Virus record (IMG/VR): IMGVR_UViG_3300036399_001571
Coordinates: 64,001 to 128,000 of that record
DNA: 64,000 bases
Strand: one strand, 5' to 3'
Source of the DNA: a virus
Position numbers and translations under genes: made by a program. Positions 20,064-30,393 of this stretch are shown in pieces (within the stretch, counting starts at the first letter, position 1; every line of letters begins with the position of its first letter). Under the pieces are notes generated by a model. The model ran no database searches. It was given only the letters and a program-made list of their open reading frames with translations, and was not told where the DNA came from.

Positions 20064-20332
20064 AAAAGGACTTACTCGTAAATGTCTTACTTAGAATTCT
20101 TGCTACTTTCGCCGCATCTGGTCTTGGCGTTATCGGCGCAGGAACTATCGCTGGTGTTCCAGTACTCAAAGCTGTCTTCATGGCTGGAATTGCAGGGGTT
20201 GCAGTCGTAGTTGAAGGACTCTCACGCGCATTCCTCGAAGATGGAAAACTTTCAAGTTCTGAAATCAATGATGTGTTCAACAAGGTTGACAAAAAAGCAC
20301 CAGCGAAAGCAAAGGAAAATAATGCCCGGTAG
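20060..20332 (+). CDS. Two-TM holin-like membrane protein
   Basis: Two hydrophobic helices, charged C-terminus, close to the endolysin. Confidence 0.5.
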   Translation: MKKDLLVNVLLRILATFAASGLGVIGAGTIAGVPVLKAVFMAGIAGVAVVVEGLSRAFLEDGKLSSSEINDVFNKVDKKAPAKAKENNAR

Positions 20333-20425
20333 CCACGAAAAGTCTGAGTGCCAATGTGCACATTGCGGTTGTGAAACTTGGTGCATGAACGATTGTCCTT
20401 GCACCGAATTAATGGGTGCCAGTGC

Positions 20426-20659
20426 ATGCACAAGTCAACACGATTAATTAAACTGCTTCCAATCATGCTGATTGCAGTTTCAGCCTGCGGCTATGATGGA
20501 AAGTATCGTTATCCATGCCAAGACCCAGAAAATTGGGGCAAAAGTGAATGTGAGCCACCAGAATGCAAGGTAGATGGAGCGTGCACAGAGACGCTGCTTG
20601 GATGGGACCCAAGCGCAGAGGTAACAGAAACTACAACAGGAGAGGTAGTCGCCCCATGA
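20426..20659 (+). CDS. Small lipoprotein
   Basis: Lipobox AVSA-C, Cys-rich mature part. Confidence 0.55.
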   Translation: MHKSTRLIKLLPIMLIAVSACGYDGKYRYPCQDPENWGKSECEPPECKVDGACTETLLGWDPSAEVTETTTGEVVAP

Positions 20660-20937
20660 GACCACGCCTAACACCAGCCGAACTAGATGCTCGCCTTAAG
20701 TTTGTTATTGGCTGCATGCTTGGATTTGTTCTCCTCATAACAACCGTTGGAGTCCTCTGGGCACTTGTATTCGTGACACAGCCAATTGGTGCTCAAGCCG
20801 AAAACGACAAGATGTTCTTTGGGGTCCTGTCCTCGGTTGCAACATTTATCACCGGAACTTTGGCTGGATTGATGATTTCAACAGGTCGTAATGCAGAAGA
20901 CAAAAACGGTAACGGGATTCCAGACAGCGAAGAGTAA
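20656..20937 (+). CDS. Two-TM membrane protein
   Basis: MRPRLTPAELDARLKF start (ATGA overlap), two TM segments. Confidence 0.6.
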   Translation: MRPRLTPAELDARLKFVIGCMLGFVLLITTVGVLWALVFVTQPIGAQAENDKMFFGVLSSVATFITGTLAGLMISTGRNAEDKNGNGIPDSEE

Positions 20938-20940
20938 ATA

Positions 20941-21543
20941 GTGTCTTTACACGAATTGGGTCTGAAACATGGAACCGATAAATCGACGTTCCATAAGTAC
21001 ATGGAGTTCTACGAAAAGCACATTCCAAAGAATGAGATAAAAACATTCCTTGAGATAGGCGTCCAAGGTGGATTCTCGCTCCGCACATGGAGAGAGTGGT
21101 TTAATGATGATTGTGAAATTGAGGGTTGGGACATAAACCCTCTTATACACATACCTGGATGTACCGTAAAGATAGTCGACCAGGCTGAAAGAAAACAAAT
21201 AAAATCAAGTTCTAGAGATTTCTATGACCTCATTATTGATGATGGAGGTCATACCCCAGAACAGATGCAGACGTCATTTTCTGTCCTCTTCCCTAAATGT
21301 AAGTACTTCATAATTGAGGACCTCCACGCGCCTTGGTGTGGAAGCGAGTTCATGCCAGAAGGCGAAGAGAACACCGTCGACCTGATAGAACGGATACCAA
21401 TGTGGAGCTCCAAGCACTCAACCAAAGAAGAATCTGATTACATAAATCAGAATGCTGAAGTTGTTGAGCTGTATATCCAAGGGGAAAGACACCACCCACA
21501 ATCAATGACGGTATTCATAAAAAATAGACAAAACCTCGAATAG
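20941..21543 (+). CDS. SAM-dependent (sugar O-)methyltransferase
   Basis: GTDK..HKY, FLEIGVQGGFS, GWDI, LIIDDGGH, IIEDL. Confidence 0.8.
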   Translation: MSLHELGLKHGTDKSTFHKYMEFYEKHIPKNEIKTFLEIGVQGGFSLRTWREWFNDDCEIEGWDINPLIHIPGCTVKIVDQAERKQIKSSSRDFYDLIIDDGGHTPEQMQTSFSVLFPKCKYFIIEDLHAPWCGSEFMPEGEENTVDLIERIPMWSSKHSTKEESDYINQNAEVVELYIQGERHHPQSMTVFIKNRQNLE

Positions 21544-21846
21544 GGGCTAGGATAGACTTAGTCTTTAATAAAAGGGGGATAATGCCAGTAAAAGGTGGAT
21601 ATCAGGCTCGCAAGGACTATGAGCGAGAAAGAAAGAATCGTAAGCGCATAGAGGCCTACATGCTGCTCCCCGAGCCAGAGCGCTCCAAAAAGCTGGAGGC
21701 AAACGCCAGACGCAGAGCATACCAGATGAGATGGACTCAGGAAAAAACCTACTTTTAAGCCATACCCTACTCACCTGAAAATGGTGGTAATTTCTTTGTG
21801 TACACCACCTGCTTTGGGATGGGCGAGTTTTTTCAGATTTATCCAA

Positions 21847-22182
21847 ATGGCTTCAAACAATAACGCTGACATGCTCTGGCATGATGATGGGCACTCTATA
21901 GAGCTGCGCATAAACAGGTCAGAATTAGAAGTTCTTTCCATAAAGTGTCCAAAGACCGATGACCGCAAATGCGCATCAGAAGACCACGACTGCGTTGTTG
22001 AGTATTACATACAGCGATTTGGCATGGAATGCAATGCTGGGGTGTGTCCTGCTTCAGAGAACATCCCAATCTGCTGGACGCTTCTCGGAGACCAAAGAAA
22101 CCTTGACCTAGCTCAAGTCTGGTTCATGCCGAAAACTGACGAACTATTTTCCGCCTGGCTCATTGCCACAAAAAACCCTTAA
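21847..22182 (+). CDS. Hypothetical protein
   Basis: ORF from MASNNNADML. Confidence 0.5.
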   Translation: MASNNNADMLWHDDGHSIELRINRSELEVLSIKCPKTDDRKCASEDHDCVVEYYIQRFGMECNAGVCPASENIPICWTLLGDQRNLDLAQVWFMPKTDELFSAWLIATKNP

Positions 22183-22637
22183 AAAGGTTCGTCCTCTTTT
22201 TGCTCCGGAGCTGAGGCTTCCTTCTTTTTCGGCTTTCGAAGGGCCGATATTGCATCAAAAAACTTGCGTATATCAGGGTGTTTTAAGACCTCTTCTTCAT
22301 TGACTTTGTAAATATTTTGTCGGTTGACTTTTGTCTTTGTAATTAACCCTGATGCAATAAGGGATTTAACCGTTTTGTCAATCATTGTCTCACTCAGGTC
22401 AAGGTAAACGGAAATTGCTCGCTGAGTTAATTTTGGGTCTTCGCTTAATACAACGAGAACACGACCAGCCGTTGACAAGAGACTAATCACGTCGTCGTTG
22501 TGGTATCTGAACACTTTCTGTTTATCAAGGGCACGCATGACCGCTTCCACGGCATCTTCATCTGAATCAGATTGGTTCACGCCAAGGGCAGCTTGAATGG
22601 CCTTTTTGACCTCATCTGCCCGGTTGTCGTTTTTCAT
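22179..22637 (-). CDS. Winged-helix (MarR-like) DNA-binding protein
   Basis: LTQRAISVYLDLSETMIDKTVKSLIASGLITK. Confidence 0.7.
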   Translation of the reverse strand: MKNDNRADEVKKAIQAALGVNQSDSDEDAVEAVMRALDKQKVFRYHNDDVISLLSTAGRVLVVLSEDPKLTQRAISVYLDLSETMIDKTVKSLIASGLITKTKVNRQNIYKVNEEEVLKHPDIRKFFDAISALRKPKKKEASAPEQKEDEPF

Positions 22638-22769
22638 AAAATCTGCCTAGGTGTACCTGTTATTTAAATCACAATGGTGTAGTATCTCTGATGGGTCACT
22701 GATACCGCACTTGCGGTCTTGGTGAGCGGAACTCACAAGACCTACAACTTAGGAGATTAGCAGGTAAAT

Positions 22770-23048
22770 ATGCCACTCAAAGACACACTCAAATTAATCG
22801 CGGATAAATCCGGAATGGGCTCGATGTGCAAGTTTGGGAGGATTTACTCCGACATGGACGCAGAGACTAAAGACGCCCTACGCAGCGCCATGACGAGTAG
22901 CGCGTCGACTATGGATATCTGCAGAGCCCTAAATGATGACGGAATCAAAATCCGTAGAGAATTCTTAGGGGAGAAAAGAAAGTGCTTCTCATCAATTTCA
23001 GCAGCATCAAATTGTTGCCTCAACTCAGAAAGTAACGCACCAAAATGA
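22770..23048 (+). CDS. Hypothetical protein
   Basis: ORF coupled to the phosphoesterase gene. Confidence 0.5.
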   Translation: MPLKDTLKLIADKSGMGSMCKFGRIYSDMDAETKDALRSAMTSSASTMDICRALNDDGIKIRREFLGEKRKCFSSISAASNCCLNSESNAPK

Positions 23049-24259
23049 CAACAAAAAAGCCAAAATCGAGCATTGCAAAACTGGCTGAAACACAGCGAAA
23101 AAACGACTCAAATTCAGCCCTTGCTGCACAGTTGGCTGATTTGATAATGAAGAACAATATTGACCTTGATGAAATTGGCAATATTCAGAAAGTATCGATT
23201 AGGCACAATATCGGTCCTGACAAGAATGGCGTTCCACAGGGGAAGACAACTACAAGCATTCAGTTGTCACCAAAGTGGGATACTGGCCCAGAATGGCCTT
23301 TAATTACGCCAGCTCCAAGGCCTGCAAAACAACAACAAAAGTCAAATACAAAATCCAAGTCCATGAAGGGGTGGGAAACAGCTGTAATCGTCCCTGATAT
23401 ACAGTTCGGTTTCTACAAGACTGGAGTGGCTCATGATGCTCCAATTGCTGCAATTCATGATGACGAGGCTATCTCTGTAGCGCTTCAAGTAATCAAGGAT
23501 GTGAACCCTGACCAAGTCGTAATGGTTGGAGACAACCTAGATTTTGCTGAATTTGGCAAATATCTAACCGCACCTACGTTCAAGCAAATGATTCAGCCAG
23601 CAATCGATAGGGCTGCCCAGTTCCTTGAGGACCTGCGCGAAGCGGCACCAAATGCCAAAATCACATGGATTCAAGGCAATCACGAGAAGCGTCTGCCGAT
23701 GTATATACAGAGCAATGCCGAGGCTGCCTTTGGAATCACTAGAGGAAAGACCAAGCAATCTTCGCTCCGAGACAACTGGCCAGTGCTATCTCTCCCAGTT
23801 TTGCTTTGGATGGATGACCTTGACATTCAGTATCTGTCGGGTTATCCAGAAGCCGCCTATTACCTAAACTCAAATCTACGCATTGTCCACGGAGACAAGG
23901 TTGTTTCAAACGGAAGCACAACCAATAAATACCTGAACACAAACTCTGTTTCAGTGATTTACGGTCACATCCATAGAAATGAAATGGCATTTCAAACCAG
24001 AGAAACCGACCAGGGTCCACGAACAATCATGGCGGCAAGCCCTGGATGTTTGTGCCGTATCGATGGCGCCGTACCTTCAGTTAAATCAGGACTAGATGAA
24101 TTCGGTGTTCCTGTACTCCAAGGCGCAGAGAACTGGCAACAAGGCTTGGGTGTTGTCCAATACCAGCCAAGAGGCGTTGGAGGAGAGTACTTCAACTATG
24201 AGCCAATGTGGATTTTCAAGGGCAGAGGGGTATTCAGAGGCCAGGAGTACGTTGCATAA
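23045..24259 (+). CDS. Calcineurin-like metallophosphoesterase
   Basis: PDIQ, GDNLD, GNHE, VHGD, GHIHR motifs. Confidence 0.85.
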   Translation: MTTKKPKSSIAKLAETQRKNDSNSALAAQLADLIMKNNIDLDEIGNIQKVSIRHNIGPDKNGVPQGKTTTSIQLSPKWDTGPEWPLITPAPRPAKQQQKSNTKSKSMKGWETAVIVPDIQFGFYKTGVAHDAPIAAIHDDEAISVALQVIKDVNPDQVVMVGDNLDFAEFGKYLTAPTFKQMIQPAIDRAAQFLEDLREAAPNAKITWIQGNHEKRLPMYIQSNAEAAFGITRGKTKQSSLRDNWPVLSLPVLLWMDDLDIQYLSGYPEAAYYLNSNLRIVHGDKVVSNGSTTNKYLNTNSVSVIYGHIHRNEMAFQTRETDQGPRTIMAASPGCLCRIDGAVPSVKSGLDEFGVPVLQGAENWQQGLGVVQYQPRGVGGEYFNYEPMWIFKGRGVFRGQEYVA

Positions 24260-24474
24260 TGGACGAAGAGGAACTTCAACGTAAAGTAATTAGCGAAACT
24301 CTTGAAGAGTGCGTGAAGCTTGGGTTGGTTGAAGTCGTCGGAATCAATGAGGCCGGGGAATGGTTGTATGGTGCAACGGAAAAAGGAATCAGGGTTCTAA
24401 ACTCTGCTCAAGGATACAAGGCTGCCTATGAAGCAATTCTTGCCATGAGAGAAGATTACGAAGAAGAGGAATAA
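24259..24474 (+). CDS. Small hypothetical protein
   Basis: TAATG coupling; acidic 71 aa. Confidence 0.5.
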   Translation: MDEEELQRKVISETLEECVKLGLVEVVGINEAGEWLYGATEKGIRVLNSAQGYKAAYEAILAMREDYEEEE

Positions 24475-24479
24475 ACCCC

Positions 24480-25103
24480 ATGACAACGATTATCGGAATA
24501 CAGGGAGATGGTTTCGCATTTGCATGCGTCGACTCCCAGATTTCTGATGTTGATGACAATGGGTACGCAACGCAGATAGCCACTCTCAGAGAGTCTTCAT
24601 CAAAACTCAGCTACAACGGCAGGTACTTGCTTGGAGCCGCAGGGGATGTAAGAGCGATAAACATTCTCCACCATGCCTTCAACCCTCCAGTTTGTCCACC
24701 GACTTTAAAGGGAAAGAAGCTCGACCACTTCGTTACAGTTAAATTTATCCCAGCCTTAAGGGAATGTTTTGAAACCCACGGGTACAACTCGCCACAGAAC
24801 GAGAATTCCGAGCATGTTGCTGAACACGGTTCAGTCATTTTCATGGCTATCAATGGCGTGATATACGTAATCGACGGAGACTACTCATGGATGTCGGATA
24901 TGAATGGAGTCTATGCAATTGGGACTGGCGCGCAATATGCGCTAGGGGCGCTGCATGTCCTGATGCCAAAGACCAAGATGACTATGGCTGTCGCCAAGAA
25001 GATTGGAATCAAAGCCATAGTGACTGCCGCCAGGTTTGACCCATATACCGGCGCGCCGTACCACTCATTTACGACTGGGACCGAGAAGAAGCCAAGACCT
25101 TAG
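24480..25103 (+). CDS. Ntn-hydrolase, HslV/proteasome-beta-like peptidase
   Basis: MTTIIG N-terminal Thr nucleophile, DSQ, K, GAAG, AIGTGAQYALG, D.YTG. Confidence 0.75.
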   Translation: MTTIIGIQGDGFAFACVDSQISDVDDNGYATQIATLRESSSKLSYNGRYLLGAAGDVRAINILHHAFNPPVCPPTLKGKKLDHFVTVKFIPALRECFETHGYNSPQNENSEHVAEHGSVIFMAINGVIYVIDGDYSWMSDMNGVYAIGTGAQYALGALHVLMPKTKMTMAVAKKIGIKAIVTAARFDPYTGAPYHSFTTGTEKKPRP

Positions 25104-25506
25104 CACAGGCTTTACAGCCTCTATTAGGACGACCATTTCTCATTTTCACCCTGGTGTTCTCTGCGGTGAATTCATGTCCACGCTTGCAGTGGGTCAGATT
25201 AGCCAGTTGATTACTGCCCCTCTCTGACCTTTGAACCCCTGCAGTGCTTGGGTCTGTAGCCAGCAAGTGTTCAGGATTGAGGCAACCAACATCGCCGCAG
25301 GTTCTGTATATGTTGTGGGAGTAGTCGATATCCCCAACATGCATAAGGTACGAGAGTCTATGGGCATGCATAGATGTCCCTTTCCACATGAACTTAGGAT
25401 GTTCCTTGATTACATCTCCGTTTAGCTTCATGAAGTACCAACAAGAATCAGTTACTTTTATTCTCTTTTTGAACGCTGTCTGGATAGATTTATCCGGAGT
25501 TTTCAC
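25069..25506 (-). CDS. HNH endonuclease with C-terminal Zn-binding module
   Basis: CW...AHRLSY...C...CLNPEHL; THCKRGHEFTAENTR...CKAC. Confidence 0.75.
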   Translation of the reverse strand: MKTPDKSIQTAFKKRIKVTDSCWYFMKLNGDVIKEHPKFMWKGTSMHAHRLSYLMHVGDIDYSHNIYRTCGDVGCLNPEHLLATDPSTAGVQRSERGSNQLANLTHCKRGHEFTAENTRVKMRNGRPNRGCKACAKVLASSRSQS

Positions 25507-25509
25507 TGA

Positions 25510-25776
25510 CTAGCTCCGGCTCCTCATGATTTCGGCTCTTGTCATAGCGTCTCCGAATACACCATTACTCATAGCTGCTCTCATGCGGCTTCCGCTAGAG
25601 CGCTCGTAAGTAGTGCTTGCTTCAGAGCGAGTGCCAATCTCTCCAGGCTTGCACGTCAAGCACTGCTTGTACTTTCGACCACTTCCCTTATTTAGAATAC
25701 GAACATTGTCATCTGAAAGCTCATGTCCTAACTTGCAGTGAGTTCGTTCGGCTCGTTCCTTAATCTGTCGTCCCAT
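25510..25776 (-). CDS. Small protein with the HNH-associated THCKxGH...CxxC module
   Basis: THCKLGHELSDDNV...CLTC, paralogous to the C-terminus of the neighbour. Confidence 0.55.
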   Translation of the reverse strand: MGRQIKERAERTHCKLGHELSDDNVRILNKGSGRKYKQCLTCKPGEIGTRSEASTTYERSSGSRMRAAMSNGVFGDAMTRAEIMRSRS

Positions 25777-25992
25777 GTGATTTCCTTCCTTCGTAGGTAT
25801 GCATAGATTACACAAAGGAGAGGAACGAAGCAACAATTGGAGGAAAGAAACGCCGCTTAATTTGCTGCCACGGGGTTAGCAAAAGCTGGGTAGTCCACTA
25901 TACCTAGAAGGGAATAATAGATGTGCTTATATAGGGAGACGTAATTAATGAGAACTCAATAAAGGGTTCTTAAGAAAGATTGCCCAATTATA

Positions 25993-26325
25993 ATGCCCAA
26001 ACAAAAAAAGGTAAATAAAACTACCCAACCAACAGAATTACCGTATATCCAAAGATTCGGTTGGTTTGAACTAGCAGCCTGTAAGAATAAGACCGCACTT
26101 ATGTTTCCCAAAGAACATAAGGATATTACTTATATTGCCCAGGCTAGGGCTATCTGTAAAGGCTGTCCAGTGAAGAATCAGTGTTTGGAGTATGCACTAG
26201 AGTTCCCACCGGCAGATATGCATGGTGTATGGGCTGGACTCACTAGTAGACAACTAGCAGCAGAGCAAAGACGCAGGGGAGTAAAGCCAACAAGGCCGAC
26301 CCTTGCACAGATGTGGGGAAGCTAA
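25993..26325 (+). CDS. whiB: WhiB family transcription factor
   Basis: AAC...AICKGCPVKNQCLEYAL...GVWAGLT. Confidence 0.92.
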   Translation: MPKQKKVNKTTQPTELPYIQRFGWFELAACKNKTALMFPKEHKDITYIAQARAICKGCPVKNQCLEYALEFPPADMHGVWAGLTSRQLAAEQRRRGVKPTRPTLAQMWGS

Positions 26326-26410
26326 TGGAAGCAACCATCTGCTCCTGTATTAAGAGAAAGATACTCCCGACATACCCAATATGCGGAGAGAAGTTAGACG
26401 ACTTCGAAGA

Positions 26411-26755
26411 CTAGTTAACTCTTAGATTACAGGTCTTACAGAACTCCATACCTGATATGTCAGTAAGGTCCTGAACACATTCCTTTTGACCACAAGGCTG
26501 GAGAAGTCTTTCACCAGTGATGTACGAACGAATGACATCGTCAGCAGTGACTTTAGAGTACTGAGAAGGACCAGGCTCAGGGATTTTCTTTTCGTTCCGT
26601 ATGAACATAAGGGCTGCATAAGTAATCAGTTGATTGACCGAAACCCCTATTTCATCGGCATAGCGAACAATCTCATTCTTTTGAGCACCCGTAACGGACA
26701 GCGCAATGCCGTACTTACGGTTAGGGAATTTAGCTAACTCTCGCTTACGCACCAT
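26411..26755 (-). CDS. Ribbon-helix-helix-like protein with C-terminal CxxxxC..CxxC
   Basis: IALSVTGAQKNEIVRYADEIGVSVNQLI. Confidence 0.5.
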   Translation of the reverse strand: MVRKRELAKFPNRKYGIALSVTGAQKNEIVRYADEIGVSVNQLITYAALMFIRNEKKIPEPGPSQYSKVTADDVIRSYITGERLLQPCGQKECVQDLTDISGMEFCKTCNLRVN

Positions 26756-27249
26756 CCCGAATAACCAAAGCCTTTATATAGTCCGTAAGGGTAAGGTCGA
26801 CTGCTTCAGCCTGAATAATAAGGCGCTCTTTAAACTCTCTAGAGACTTTAAGAGTAACGGTCGTACTCTCTTTGACTGGGTGGACAACTGGACGCCCCTG
26901 ATTCCGTTTCATAGCCAGATGTTAGCGGATAACTAGGTTATGGATGAGCAGGGCTATATAGGTAACAGAAAGAGCACGAATCCAGAAGGAGGCACGGGAA
27001 TAGGAAATGATGAAAATAGCCGCCAGCCCTATAAGGAAGAAGGTGTATTCGATGATTGACATAGGTGGCCTTTCAGACTGCGAGGGTAACTAGGAGACGG
27101 ATTGCCCACCAGCATAGCCAGAGGTAGACGGAAATACCAGCAATCCAGAGAAAAGAAACGTATGTCCACTTCCAAAAGACTGAAAAAGAGGCAAAAAGCT
27201 TGCGTGCGTGCGGTTTTTTCGTTTCAAAATTTTTTTTGTCGGTGCTCAA

Positions 27250-27726
27250 CTACAAATCTTCCTTTTGTATGGCGTACTTGTCTTGCTCTAGCTTCTGGAC
27301 TACCTGCTCATACGTGCGTACGAATACTTCCCTATCGCCATTGGTGTGCATGTCGTATGAAACTTCCCCTAATTTATTTAGCGTAATTTTTAGTGCCTCG
27401 TCGAAAGGGGGTCTTTCTGTTTGGGCACCGGAATGTACCTCTTTTAATATCCCCTGAAAAATACCCCAAGCAGAATAGGCATCTAAAAATGGGGGTATTT
27501 TATTACGGGTATCTATTGCGGTGCGTCTTACGTCCCCAGGCCTGGGCATGAACTTGGCGTGTGTCGCTAGCTGGATGAAGGCCGACTTGACGTCCTCGTA
27601 CTCTAAGTCGCGCAGTAACTCGTACCAGGCGTTAAAGGTTGCCTTCTCATCTACTTTCAGTAACTGTTGATTGTAGGTGGCGTATGCCTGTCTTACTATC
27701 TCGACTGTCTGCTCTTTGGTTATCAG
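27250..27726 (-). CDS. Putative replicative helicase loader/inhibitor (G39P-like); probable CTG start
   Basis: Track ORF 27250-27549 extends in frame to CTG at 27726 (ITKEQTVEIVRQAYATY...WYELLRDLEYE...FMPRPGDV); GAGGA lies 6 nt upstream; CTGA overlap with the upstream stop. Confidence 0.5.
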   Translation of the reverse strand: MITKEQTVEIVRQAYATYNQQLLKVDEKATFNAWYELLRDLEYEDVKSAFIQLATHAKFMPRPGDVRRTAIDTRNKIPPFLDAYSAWGIFQGILKEVHSGAQTERPPFDEALKITLNKLGEVSYDMHTNGDREVFVRTYEQVVQKLEQDKYAIQKEDL

Positions 27727-28136
27727 AATGGTTCCTCGTTTGTGGTGTCGTCTGATACTAGGGCAAGAAAGCGCTCTATGTGCTCTGAGTCGCGCAGGAT
27801 GAGTTCTATCTCGTTATACACACGGTTGTTCTTGTTGCGCCCCATATGGAAGTCTGAGAGGGAACAGCCAGTGATTGCGTCCCTACAGGCGTCTAGTCCA
27901 TAGTCGTGTATTGCAGCTCCTATAGCTTGCCGGCGTTTCTCATCTAGGGCTACGCGCTTCTTATTGAACGTTAGGACCCAGAAGTCAAATACTTCTTTTA
28001 TTTGGTTCTGGTCTACAAGTAAGGATTTCTTGTTCTTACTGATTGTTGCAGCACGGGGGCGTTTCTGAGGTCCCCTTTTCTTAGCTGGTTCGGTCATTTC
28101 AAAAAGCCTTTCCACCACCGATATTTGTGAAGACAT
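27723..28136 (-). CDS. Putative replication initiator (phage replisome-organiser C-terminal type)
   Basis: EVFDFW...RRQAI..AIHDYG...AI.GC..SDFHMG...IELILRD..HIERFL; adjacent to a loader-like gene. Confidence 0.55.
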   Translation of the reverse strand: MSSQISVVERLFEMTEPAKKRGPQKRPRAATISKNKKSLLVDQNQIKEVFDFWVLTFNKKRVALDEKRRQAIGAAIHDYGLDACRDAITGCSLSDFHMGRNKNNRVYNEIELILRDSEHIERFLALVSDDTTNEEPF

Positions 28137-28723
28137 AGTTCTCCCCCTTGAAAGTTGAGTTTATAAGATTCGTAGGTGAATCTCTAACTTCTCTAAACCA
28201 AATTGTTTTTTCTTGGAAGAATGTTGCGACTCATAGTGAGTATGAGTTAACAACTAATTCCAAGGATAAAACTAATTGAATATAGAAAGACCTAATGACC
28301 CACTTTGGAAGGGGTCTGGGGAAACCTTTTTCTTCCGCAGACCCTATCGAGTACGTCGCCATGTAAGCCTTCTGAATATTTCAGAAAGTTAATCTAGGTG
28401 ATTTAGTTGTAGGCCTACGTATTTCACTGGGAGCTACCCAGCGGCATTCAAGTTAGCAGAGTCTTCCACCACCGTCAACCTCGAAACAGATATTTTTAAG
28501 ATTTTTTTTTCGGCTGTCTGGTTTGATTTATCCAGACCTGCGCACAGCTTGTGCACGGTTCCACAGCGGGGCTTTAACCTGTGATATATTTTACCCTCGA
28601 TGCCGGAAGGTCCCCCCTTTCTCCTTTCGGTGTCACTCGACCCCGGGGTTGAGATAAAGCGGGTTAGTAGGTGGCGCGCTTGGTCTCCTCCGGGGTCACT
28701 TTCTTTTGCCGGCCGGCAGCAAA

Positions 28724-29068
28724 CTATTGTTCTTTTTGTCTTTGTCGTTCTGCGTTTATGCGGTAAAGCTCGATGCTTTCTTCAAACTTTTGAATCCAAA
28801 CATCCCGGTCTTCGTAGAAGCTCCAATTTTCAAACAGCATCAACTCCGCTAGGACGACTTCCGAATTTAATGGGTATCCACTTAGCGCGCTAAACCATTC
28901 AACCTCGTATGCATTTGGTGTTCCGTATTGGTCCCTGCTAAAAACAGATTTAATGAATCCCTGGGTATTCACGTATCGGTGCTTTGGGTAGTATTCCAGG
29001 TATCCAGCTTCCAGGTGTTTGTGGACAAACCTGCCGACTAGACCTTCTGATGATTTTGTTTCTGTCAT
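28724..29068 (-). CDS. Hypothetical protein
   Basis: ORF with SD gagaaac. Confidence 0.5.
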   Translation of the reverse strand: MTETKSSEGLVGRFVHKHLEAGYLEYYPKHRYVNTQGFIKSVFSRDQYGTPNAYEVEWFSALSGYPLNSEVVLAELMLFENWSFYEDRDVWIQKFEESIELYRINAERQRQKEQ

Positions 29069-29125
29069 GTTTCTCTTCTTTCGTTTAATAACGGATGGTC
29101 TTCCACCACCGTCATGTAAGTGGGG

Positions 29126-29674
29126 TTATTTTTTCTTCTTTTTCTTCCGGCGCGCAGCTTCCACCTCGTGTGCTGCCTCGTGCGCGAGTGCGTTTTTGGA
29201 TTTGCTGCTCAGGTCGATATTCAGAAGAACTCTTTCGTATTCGTTGTTGAGGTCGGTACTCAGGAGAGCTTTCTGAATCTTTTTGATTCTTTTCCGGCGT
29301 CTTCTGGATGGCTTCTTCTTCGATATCTGGACCAGGGAGTACTTCCCGAATTCATTATCAATCAGCAGAGCGTCTGATTCGTTTACGTCCCAGACGGGTG
29401 GATAATTATCTAAATTTTGTGAGAGGAGGACATCGAGCGGGAAAGCTGCAGCGCCATCCATATTCTGGAATAATACGTACGGCCGCACGGTCTTCGAGTA
29501 TTCGTCGTGCGCGCCGGCAACACCCCAGCCAATAATCTGAAATTTATGATATGTGCATTTAATCTTCAGCTTGCCATCTTTAACCACATCACCCATAACC
29601 AGGATTAGGTAAGCATAAAGCGGAGTTAATTGTGGGGTGAGCTGGAGCTCAGAAGATTCGAAGTGGGAGGCCAT
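29126..29674 (-). CDS. Hypothetical protein with basic C-terminus
   Basis: ORF track; start uncertain. Confidence 0.45.
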   Translation of the reverse strand: MASHFESSELQLTPQLTPLYAYLILVMGDVVKDGKLKIKCTYHKFQIIGWGVAGAHDEYSKTVRPYVLFQNMDGAAAFPLDVLLSQNLDNYPPVWDVNESDALLIDNEFGKYSLVQISKKKPSRRRRKRIKKIQKALLSTDLNNEYERVLLNIDLSSKSKNALAHEAAHEVEAARRKKKKKK

Positions 29675-29769
29675 AGTAAATTTTCCTTTTTTAGTGTTTT
29701 CCCCTCGAGCTCAGAACGTTAGCTGAAGCTGAGCTCGAGAGAAATCTGTTAATTTTTTGATTTTTTTGA

Positions 29770-30393
29770 CTACTCAGCGGCCGGCGCCAGGGGAAGTAAA
29801 AACCAATTTCTTTCCCACATAATGCCGATTGACGCGTAACCGATGACATCGATGAAGTTATCCACCACCGATTCGTTTTCTGGGTTGGTTTCGTTCTGGA
29901 GGAGGTTCTCGAGTCGCGCAACTTTGTCATGCATTCTCACGAGTAGACCGGCGCGTCCGAATCGAGCAATGTTATGGTGCCCGTAATCGCGCTGCTTTCT
30001 AACCAAAATCTTCGAAATATCTTCTACGTGGCCGGCAAGCTCTTCGTCGATTTCTTTAAAAATTTCTTTCTTTTCTGCAACAACGGCGGCCGTCCGCCCA
30101 AGGATTGCCCAGTACTCAGCCGCCACATCTCCAGAAATATTCTTTTTTGACTCTGGTCCAATCTCGTCAATCAGGTAATCGAGATACTCCCTGACGTCTG
30201 ACAGCCGGTCCCACGTGTTGAAAGAATGATTAAAAATCTGAAAAACTGCACGGCGTGCCGCGTCGTCCCAGGTAGTGGGCGGCTTCTTTTTACCGTAGAC
30301 CCAGTCGACCATTTTGACCAGGTCAAGCTGACCATCAGTCATGGTTTCCACCACCGTCGAATTAATAGGGACATCGAACTTCGTTTGTTGCAT
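29770..30393 (-). CDS. Nucleotide-modification-associated domain 1 (DUF1599-like) protein
   Basis: KQRDYG..N...G...RMHDKVARLENL...ESVVDNFIDVIGYA. Confidence 0.75.
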   Translation of the reverse strand: MQQTKFDVPINSTVVETMTDGQLDLVKMVDWVYGKKKPPTTWDDAARRAVFQIFNHSFNTWDRLSDVREYLDYLIDEIGPESKKNISGDVAAEYWAILGRTAAVVAEKKEIFKEIDEELAGHVEDISKILVRKQRDYGHHNIARFGRAGLLVRMHDKVARLENLLQNETNPENESVVDNFIDVIGYASIGIMWERNWFLLPLAPAAE

